A DNA stretch of 62,366 nt, filler included. It is 6 parts of 6 records of this genome, joined end to end, with 100 filler letters (N's around TTAATTAATTAA, not from the genome) between each part and the next. Parts side by side here need not be neighbours in the genome. Positions count along the whole stretch, not along the records: positions 41,352 to 55,905 come from SRR20825019_636; positions 56,006 to 62,366 come from SRR20825019_640; 4 more parts are not named here. One strand, written 5' to 3'. Below the pieces are notes generated by a model. The model was given only the letters and a program-made list of their open reading frames with translations. It made no database searches and was not told where the DNA came from. Of the stretch, positions 51,921 to 59,800 are shown one piece after another. A program made the position numbers and the translations under genes. Positions within the stretch are counted from its first letter, which is position 1; each line of letters opens with the position of its first letter.

Positions 51921-52583
51921 CTAGCGAACGCGCACCGAGGCAACATAGTCGTCGTAGTCACCCAGCGACGAGGCGCCTGTGGTGTAGGTGCGGCAAGAGC
52001 GGAAATTCTCCTGCGCGCAGACCTGCACGGTCAGGCCGGCGGGGTTGTCGAAAGAGGAAATGCGGTCGGTCCAGCCGCGCAGATCCCGGACGGACTCGCC
52101 CTCGTCCATGCAGAAGCTATCCCCGCGGAAGCGAGTGCGGTCATAGAAGCAGACTTCGTCATAGACGGGCTGAATGACCGGGGGACGCGGCGGGCGGGGC
52201 TGAGGATTGTTGCCATTGCCCACGCCGATGCTGATCTGCGGGCCATCGGGGCCACCAATGGTGAAACCGAAGGAAATGCCGGGGTTGGACGGATTGACCG
52301 GACGGCCGCCTGCGCTGAGATAGCTGGCCGAGACCCAGCCGTCGGGGCCGGGCTTGACCACATAGCACCAGGACGACTGGCAGCGCTGGACATCGACCTG
52401 TTCGCCACGGCGCAAAGTGTCGACCACAGCATAGCCGGTGCCGGGGCCGGAGCGCACATTGACATTGCTGTTGGCGGTGCCGGGCGCGGCTTGTGCTGCG
52501 GGCAGGAAGACCACCACGGCAGCGGCGGCCACGGCGATGCCGGTGGCCAGGTTCAAAAGATTCCTGCGGGTCTGACGATGCAT
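51921..52583 (-). CDS. secreted SH3b + beta/gamma-crystallin-like protein (paralogue 3), possible Tat signal
   Basis: TRRNLL signal; NVNVRSGPGTGY...CQSSWC...GWVSASYL; CFYDRTRFRG, WTDRISS, YDDYVAS. Confidence 0.85.
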   Translation of the reverse strand: MHRQTRRNLLNLATGIAVAAAAVVVFLPAAQAAPGTANSNVNVRSGPGTGYAVVDTLRRGEQVDVQRCQSSWCYVVKPGPDGWVSASYLSAGGRPVNPSNPGISFGFTIGGPDGPQISIGVGNGNNPQPRPPRPPVIQPVYDEVCFYDRTRFRGDSFCMDEGESVRDLRGWTDRISSFDNPAGLTVQVCAQENFRSCRTYTTGASSLGDYDDYVASVRVR

Positions 52584-52671
52584 GACTTGCTCCCTCCGGC
52601 TCGATCTTTCCGGCCCCGGAAATCCGGGGCGACGCTTTTCGGCGACCGCGCCACTTGTTTATGACTTCAGA

Positions 52672-52697
52672 AACGAAGTTTTAGCGCAAAGAGTTCC
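52672..52697 (-). promoter_or_regulatory. candidate EcfG/RpoE2 general-stress promoter
   Basis: GGAAC-N17-CGTT on the sense strand, ~90 bp upstream of paralogue 3. Confidence 0.6.
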
Positions 52698-52777
52698 GGC
52701 GATGTCTGGGAGAGTATTCAAATGGTGAATATTCCCGGGCCGTGTCGGTGCGCCGGGATCAGTAATGCAAATGCTGG

Positions 52778-52794
52778 CTGAACGCAGTCTGAAC
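52778..52794 (-). promoter_or_regulatory. direct repeat GTTCAG-N5-GTTCAG
   Basis: GTTCAGactgcGTTCAG, ~200 bp upstream of paralogue 3. Confidence 0.6.
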
Positions 52795-52806
52795 GGCTTG
52801 GCCGAC

Positions 52807-53196
52807 TTATTGCGCAGGGATCGGGCGCTTTTGGCCGTTTTCGTCCAAGGAGACATAAACGAAGCGCGCATCGGTGACCTTGGTGCGCTCGTCGAGCCGG
52901 TTGCGGCGGACCCAGGCCTCAAGGCCGACGGTGATGGAGGTGTTGCCGATGCGTTCAATATCGGCATAGACGCAGAGCACGTCGCCGACCTTGACGGGGG
53001 CGATGAAGGTCATGGCTTCCACGGCCACGGTGACCACTCGTCCCTTGACCCGTTCGATGGCAGCAATGGCGCCGGCAATATCCATCTGGCTCATCACCCA
53101 GCCGCCGAAAATGTCGCCGGCCGGATTGGTGTCGGCGGGCATGGCCAGAGTGCGGATGATGAGGGCGCCGGTGGGTTCGGTTGCGTCGGACTGCAT
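52807..53196 (-). CDS. YciA-type acyl-CoA thioesterase
   Basis: AMPADTNPAGDIFGGWVMSQMDIAG hot-dog motif. Confidence 0.92.
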   Translation of the reverse strand: MQSDATEPTGALIIRTLAMPADTNPAGDIFGGWVMSQMDIAGAIAAIERVKGRVVTVAVEAMTFIAPVKVGDVLCVYADIERIGNTSITVGLEAWVRRNRLDERTKVTDARFVYVSLDENGQKRPIPAQ

Positions 53197-53208
53197 GAAC
53201 GGGCTTTC

Positions 53209-53805
53209 CTATTCTGGTCGCTTGACGGGCCAGCGGCCCACGGCTTCTTCCCAATGCTTGCGGCACAGGGACAAATAGACGGACTTTTCGATGGAGACCT
53301 GATCCCCATCGGTGAGCACGCGGCCTGACATGTCCTGACGGACCACCATGGTGGCCTTGGCGCCGCAGGTGCAGATGGTGCGGATTTCGCGCAGCGTATC
53401 GGCAATGGCCAGCAGTTCCATGGCGCCGGGGAACAGCTTGCCCTGAAAATCGGTCCTGAGGCCATAGCACATGATCGGGATATTGAGCCGGTCAGCGACG
53501 CGGGCCAATTGCCAGACCTGTTCGCGGGTCAGGAATTGCGCCTCGTCGATGAAGACGCAATCGACCTTGGATTCCTCGTCATAGTCGCGAATGGACTGGT
53601 AGAGGTCATCGCCCGCGGCATAGAGGTCGGCTTCTTCGGCGATGCCGATACGGGAGGTGATCAGCCCCACGCCTTCCTCGGCGTATAGCGCGGAGGTGTA
53701 GAGCAAAGGGCGCATGCCGCGCTCGCGGTAGTTATGGGCCGCCTGCAGCAGCAAGGTGGACTTGCCGGCATTCATCGCCGCATAGGAAAAATAGAGCTTG
53801 GCCAT
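53209..53805 (-). CDS. tdk: thymidine kinase
   Basis: YAAMNAGKST, VFIDEAQFL, YGLRTDFQ, CTCG, CRKH. Confidence 0.96.
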   Translation of the reverse strand: MAKLYFSYAAMNAGKSTLLLQAAHNYRERGMRPLLYTSALYAEEGVGLITSRIGIAEEADLYAAGDDLYQSIRDYDEESKVDCVFIDEAQFLTREQVWQLARVADRLNIPIMCYGLRTDFQGKLFPGAMELLAIADTLREIRTICTCGAKATMVVRQDMSGRVLTDGDQVSIEKSVYLSLCRKHWEEAVGRWPVKRPE

Positions 53806-53880
53806 TGTCGCGCCTGAAACGGGGCTTTTGTTGTGGCGCAGGGACGAGGCCGGTGCGAGGCAAAATGCGGCGCGGTCCAC

Positions 53881-54054
53881 AAAAAAAGGCCGCCCTGAGG
53901 CGGCCAGGACCGATCTTGTCGGTCGGGAAGGCCGGGGGTTGGCGGTCCGGGCCCTCCGATGTCGGCGCGGCGTTGGGGACGCGGGGCCGGCAATCCTGGC
54001 AAATGGGGGAAGCCGGGACAGGCGGACCCTATTGAGCCAAGATGACAGGGCAGT
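53881..54054 (-). ncRNA. candidate multi-hairpin small RNA or tdk leader, ending in an intrinsic terminator
   Basis: Five consecutive hairpins, three with C-rich loops, then GGCCGCC-tcag-GGCGGCC-T7; no credible CDS on this strand; 5' end estimated from a weak ATGACA-N16-AATAGT promoter. Confidence 0.6.
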
Positions 54055-54098
54055 GACGACACTATTGCGGCGCGCGCTTTATTGTCATTGCCCGGCTT

Positions 54099-54115
54099 GT
54101 TCAGCTTCGGTTCAG
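54099..54115 (+). promoter_or_regulatory. direct repeat GTTCAG-N5-GTTCAG
   Basis: GTTCAGcttcgGTTCAG, 47 bp upstream of ATG 54162. Confidence 0.62.
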
Positions 54116-54161
54116 GTGATGGAGACGAGATTTGACGGGACAGAACTTCCAGAGGATTACC

Positions 54162-54551
54162 ATGCCGAGATTTTTCCGCCTGATTGCCGCCCTTGTCTTG
54201 TCCTGTGCGGCGGCCATGCCTGCCTTGGCGACGCCCGCCGGCGTGTGGGAACTGGAAACGCGCGATACACGGTTTGCGCTGGATCTGTGCGGCGATGGCA
54301 CGCAACTTTGTGGTGAACTGGTCTGGCTGTCCGACGCCGACTACAACGATCAATACAAGCCCTATCTCAACCGACCGATGGCGCAGGCGCTGGCCCCTAC
54401 CGGTCCGGGTAAATGGAAGGGCACGCTGCATCTGTTTGGCCACCGGATGAGCGGGACGATCACCCAGCACAGCCAGGATCACATGACGCTGTCCGGCTGT
54501 GCGTTCCTGGTGGTCTGCAAGACCTATCAGATGTACCGGCACGCGCCGTGA
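54162..54551 (+). CDS. secreted DUF2147-like protein
   Basis: Signal peptide, PAGVW, CGDGTQLCGELVWL, WKG, LSGC..VVCK. Confidence 0.8.
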   Translation: MPRFFRLIAALVLSCAAAMPALATPAGVWELETRDTRFALDLCGDGTQLCGELVWLSDADYNDQYKPYLNRPMAQALAPTGPGKWKGTLHLFGHRMSGTITQHSQDHMTLSGCAFLVVCKTYQMYRHAP

Positions 54552-54928
54552 TGCGGGTCGTCCTGGCATTGATGTTCGGGCTGGTGGCTTTGGCGCCAGC
54601 CCTCGCCTCGCCGGTCGGGGTGTGGGAAATCGAAACGCGGGATTCGCGCTATGACGTGAGCCTGTGTGGCGACGGCACCCAGCTTTGCGCCGAGCTGATC
54701 TGGCTGGGCAATGGCGCAGACAGCGCGGAAAACCTGCCCTATCTCAACACCATGCTGATCGACCATGCGGTGCAGACCCGGCCCGGCGAGTGGAAAGGCG
54801 AATTGCATATCTATGGACAGAGCGCGGCCGGGACGATTAGCCAGGTCAGTGCCGACCAGATCACGCTCACGGGCTGCGTGGCGCTGGTGATCTGCAAGAG
54901 CTACCAGATGTATCGCTATGGCGAGTAG
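54551..54928 (+). CDS. secreted DUF2147-like protein, tandem paralogue
   Basis: TGATG coupling; PVGVW, CGDGTQLCAELIWL, LTGC..VICKSYQMYR. Confidence 0.8.
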   Translation: MRVVLALMFGLVALAPALASPVGVWEIETRDSRYDVSLCGDGTQLCAELIWLGNGADSAENLPYLNTMLIDHAVQTRPGEWKGELHIYGQSAAGTISQVSADQITLTGCVALVICKSYQMYRYGE

Positions 54929-54934
54929 GCACCG

Positions 54935-55840
54935 CTAGTTCACCGTGCGCGGCACATGCACCTTGCGGCGAGCCCAGAGGGGCGGGATGGCTTCGACGAG
55001 CAGGATGGCCGCAAAGATCAGTGCCGCGCCGGCATAGCCGATCAGGGGCAGGCGCTCGCCCAGCACCACTGCCGCACCCAGGGCCGCGAACAGACTTTCA
55101 GCCGAGAGGATAATGGCGGCGTTGGCCGCAGGCACATGTTGCTGGCCGACCGCCTGCAGGGTGAAGCCAACCGCCGTCGAGAGCACTGCGGCATAGGCAA
55201 TTTCGATCCAGCCGGCGGAAATGGCCGCCAGCGTGGGGGCTTCGGTGGGCAGGGCGATGGCGCTCGCGGCGATGCCGGCGAACAGGAAGCTCACCGAGGA
55301 CACGAAGATGGGCAGGCCGGTCATCCTGGCGACATGGCCGAGCAGCAGCACATGCAGGCCCCAGAAAATGGCGCTGGCGACAATCAGCCAGTCGCCCTCG
55401 TTGAAGCTGTCGAGGCCCCCGCCGTTCAAGAAATAGATGCCGACCAGGGCCAGGGGCACGCCGGCAAAGACAATCGGGTGCGGGCGCGTGCGGAACAACA
55501 CGAAGCCAAGCAGCGGCACGAAGAAGACGTAGAGGCCGGTGAGGAAGCCGCCATTGGTGGCGGTGGTGGTGAGCAAGCCGGCCTGCTGCATCCAGGAGCC
55601 GAGGAAGAACACGGTGCTCATGGCCATGATAAAGAACCAATGGGTGCCGGTGAGCCTGACGGCCTTGCGGCGCAATTCATGCAGGGCCAGTGGCAGGATC
55701 AGCAGCCCGCCGATGAGAAAGCGGACCCCGGCAAAGGTCAGCGGCCCCATGGCGTCCATCGCCGTTTTCTGGGCGATGAAGGCAAAGCCCCAGAACATGG
55801 TGCAGAGCAGAAGCAGGAGGGAGGCGAGGGGGCGGGACAT
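54935..55840 (-). CDS. DMT/EamA-family transporter
   Basis: 10 TM, FWGFAF, RFLIG, GQQHVPA..AAIILSAESLFAA. Confidence 0.9.
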   Translation of the reverse strand: MSRPLASLLLLLCTMFWGFAFIAQKTAMDAMGPLTFAGVRFLIGGLLILPLALHELRRKAVRLTGTHWFFIMAMSTVFFLGSWMQQAGLLTTTATNGGFLTGLYVFFVPLLGFVLFRTRPHPIVFAGVPLALVGIYFLNGGGLDSFNEGDWLIVASAIFWGLHVLLLGHVARMTGLPIFVSSVSFLFAGIAASAIALPTEAPTLAAISAGWIEIAYAAVLSTAVGFTLQAVGQQHVPAANAAIILSAESLFAALGAAVVLGERLPLIGYAGAALIFAAILLVEAIPPLWARRKVHVPRTVN

Positions 55841-55867
55841 GGGGGCAACTCGAATTTTCTAGAAAGT

Positions 55868-55905
55868 ACCCCTCGTCCGCCCTTCGGGCACCTTCTCCCA
55901 CAAGG
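55868..55905. repeat. RIME/REP-like element truncated at the contig end
   Basis: ACCCCTCGTCCGCCCTTCGGGCACCTTCTCCCACAAGG, similar to the right half of the 30623 element. Confidence 0.6.
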
Positions 55906-56005
55906 NNNNNNNNNNNNNNNNNNNNNNNNNNNNNNNNNNNNNNNNNNNNTTAATTAATTAANNNNNNNNNNNNNNNNNNNNNNNNNNNNNNNNNNNNNNN
56001 NNNNN
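55906..56005. other. artificial contig spacer
   Basis: 44N-TTAATTAATTAA-44N. Confidence 0.98.
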
Positions 56006-56031
56006 GGGGGAAACAATCAACATCACCAGGG
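56006..56031 (+). repeat. terminal direct repeat of contig 6, copy 1
   Basis: GGGGGAAACAATCAACATCACCAGGG, 25/26 identical to 62341-62366. Confidence 0.9.
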
Positions 56032-56816
56032 CTCTATGCTTTCAACAATCCAAGGCAACGCATCCCAGCATCGTAGTTTCAAATTTATACGATGAAACGT
56101 GAGTGATGATATATTCCATTTCTTCCACAACAACCATTTGAAGAAGATAGGATACATACACAAAACAACACATTAAATGTTGGGAGAGGAGTAATAAAAA
56201 TAATAATAAAATAATTGAAAAAGGGGATAAAAAAGAAGAGGAGAGTCAAGGGATAAAAAATATACAGCAATCCATATATAATATGGTGAGAGTACTAGTA
56301 TTGTATGATGAGATGTTCTGTCGCCTCATAGCCATGATAGTGCTGATATGACGTCATTGTAGTGTTGTGTTGTTGCCCAACGTGCTATGTGGTGATGTGA
56401 TGATGTGTGAGATGTGGAGTGTATATGTGTGATGGTTGTTGTGTTGGTTTTTATTTTTGTGAATTTTTTTGTAAAAATCGACACGTATACAATGCTATAT
56501 TTGGCGTATATAGGTTGAAGAGAACAATGTACACCCCCCTTTTTCTTCTACTTCACTCCATCTTTGAGATTTAAAAAGAAAATATTAAATCTTTCCGGAG
56601 GTAGTAGTGTTTTTTTATTTGGGTGTTTTTATTTTAATGTTTTTTCTTCGCAACGATTGTCAGGGGGGTATGTATATTGTTGTGTTGTGATTGTAGAGAT
56701 GTAGTTTTTGTTTTTTGGGGGGGTATTACCCGCACAGCCACACCTCGGTGGGCAGTGTTATCATGTTGGTGAACAGTGTTTGCCACGATGTACACACAAC
56801 TGCAATCTCTATCCCA

Positions 56817-59800
56817 CTAGATTTGTGTAAGGGAGGTGAGTAGACTCTTAGCCGTCGGTCGGTCTGCGGGGTTGATGGCAGTGCACTGGGTGAGAAGTGG
56901 TGCAAGATGGGGCGGACCAATGAGGTGTTGATGGATGTTCTTGTTGATGGTTGTCGAAGAAGTTTTTGAAGGAAGAGTACCTACTATGACAGTAGTAGTG
57001 GTGACACCCCCTTCCACTGAGGCTGCGGATGTTGATGTAGTGGCTGCTGCTGGTGGTGGTGTAGTAGTGTAAATGGACGGATCATTCACATTTACATTCA
57101 TGGGTTTGAGACCCCCACCGTCGTCGTTCTGGTGGAGGAACATTTGTAAAATGGTAATGCCGAGGGAGTAGATGTCGGATGCAGGCGTATGTACGATATT
57201 CCCTCCTCCTACTCCTTGATGTTGGGCTAGTATCTCAGGAGCTGTATAGGGGAATGCTGATGAAGCGACAACGACATCAGCCTGATTGATACCCAGCAGT
57301 GATTGTGACGATGATGTAGGAGGAGCAGTGGTAGTTATTGTGGAAGAAGTGTTGTCCTGGTGCATGGTCGGGGTTGAGGTATTGACTACGACATTTGTAG
57401 TTGGCGACGTGGTGGTGGTAGTAGTATGTGGGGAGGAGGAGAAGGCACTGCTATTGTTGTTGTTGGTAATAATATGAGAGGTACCAAAGTTTACTAGTCG
57501 ACACGAACCTGTTGATGTCATCAGAATGTTCTCAGGCCTCACGTCTCGGTGTAAAATTGATGGGGTTCGAGTGTGAAGGTAGTGTAGCCCAGCCGCGATT
57601 TCACACGCGTATTTGATGATGAGCTGTAGAGGTAATCCATGTGGTAGAGATTCACGAATCAGATCCTTTAACGATCCCGCAGCAAGGTACTCCGTCATAA
57701 TGTAAAATTCACCATCTACGGCGTTTACCGCGCAGGTAACATAGCTCGCGATATTGGGATGGTTGAGGGAGGAGAGGAGCTGAACTTCTCCAGTAAGAGC
57801 ATCGATTGTGATACCATTATTTTTGCCATCGTCAATGTTGTTGTCGGGGAGGGAGATGGACTTCATCGAGACTAGCCCACCAGTTTCATGCAGAGCGAGA
57901 GTTGTTGTAGTAGTAGTAGTAGTAGGAGGGGGACCCTTAGAGGCAGTACCAGTTGTCGTTGAACTCGTTGATACATGTTGTTTTGTGTTTATTTTCTGAG
58001 TAGAGGGGTAATACTTATCCCCGCTCATCGCAACTACATACCTACTCTGACTGATACTACTGTTGTTTATTAGCCCACCACCATCACCATCTTCCACCAC
58101 TATATTCGAGGAGGAAAGTATCATCGATTGATGATTGTAGCTCGCTTCGAAAAGTCTTGAGATACTGCATGCCATACTATTATTACTCCCTCCTCCACCA
58201 TGTGGTGATGGTGCGTAGTGATAGATGGTCATGCTGCCACTCGCGGCTCCTCCTCCACCAGTACCACTACTACTTCCACTTCGAAGGGAGGTAGTTCTGC
58301 CAACACCACCACTCAAAACATTACCTCCTCCACCAACGATGTTACTACCATTTCTACTAACTATACGGCGGGTGTAGTCGCTAGGAAGTTCCCTAGAAGC
58401 GTCACAGCTATTACTTCCACCACCACCACCTCCTCCTCTGATCACAAGGGGGGATGATGATGGTCCCCCCCTGGGCGGTTTACCGACATCTGTTTCACTT
58501 CCCATAATAAAGAGATCAATATCCAAGAGAGGTGGTGCCGTAGTCGGTGAGGAGATAGATGCTGCTGCTGCTGCCACCACTGAGGTTGTCGTTGTACTAG
58601 CATTGTTTTTAGCATGATGGTTGTTGATGAAGCTTTGGTGATGGTTTGAGATGCTCGCCATACCGATCGGTGATGATGGGTTGGGTGAAGTAGTAGGAGT
58701 TGTAGTACGGTTGGTCTGTTTGGAGAGGGGGTAGTAGTGGTGTTGGGTGTAGTGCTTAGGGGGCATAGTTCGAACTAATGCACTCACTGACATCGCCATA
58801 TTACTAGTGTTGGTGTTGTTGTTGCCCCCCTTGTTGTTGGTGTAGTGGTTGGCAGAAGTCGATAAAGACGCATTATTGTTGTTAGTTGTGGTGGTGGAGC
58901 TATTATTAATAGTAGTAGTGACGCTGCAGTGGAATGCGGCTGGGTCGGCGGTGTGTTGGTGGTAGAACGTGGTGCCTTCAAGCTCTTCCCAAGGTAGCTC
59001 TCGACGACTCAGATATTTCGAAATAGCAGCATCATTTCGCCTATTTTTGGAGGATGATGATATATTTTGCTGATGTTGTAGTTGTCGTTGTAGGAGAGGT
59101 GGTGTGGCAAGACACAACGCATCCATTCGTCCAGAGGAGAATTGGGCCTGTAGTTCAGGAGCCATCTTCGAGATGAGTGTCGCGCACGTCTTGAAGTCAT
59201 GATTCTTGTAAAGTGCCGTGAAGGCGGAGGTGCGGATTTTGACTTCTTCCTCAAGCTGTTGTTGTCGAAGTTGTGATTCCTCTTGTTTTTGTTGAATCTG
59301 AATCTGCTGCTGCTGCTGTTGGTCTGAAGATGAGTAGTCACCCTCAACACCACCCTCCATACGAGGAAATGAAGTAATAGTAGTAGTGGCAGTAGTAGTC
59401 AGTGTTGATGATAAGGATGAGGAGGAGGAGTCCCCAAGAAGTTCATAAATAATAATCTCATTTGTTCGATTGCCCTGCATCCATGTAGGTGATATAATAT
59501 CCACTGGAACATATAGCAGTGTAGATGGCCTCACCGATCGTGTCGTTGACGGGGCCTCGAGGCCACATATTGTGCTTTCCGTTGCCAAGACTCCCACACC
59601 CAACATGCGCTGTAGTGCAGGTAGACGTCTGATAAGGTCTATAGGCTCCCCTGCAATCATACGTGCCTTGACAAGCGACGATCCGGCACTTCCAACCAGC
59701 CCCGATCCTGATGTTACACTAATTGCCACATTCATTCGACTAAAGCACCACGCCTCCCCTGCCACAAGTGACCGTTGAAGCTCCATTGCACACCGGCATG

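Noticed and set aside
41352-55905. Prophage, transposon or anti-phage defence island
   Set aside because: No integrase, transposase, phage structural or recognisable defence genes; DUF429 alone is insufficient
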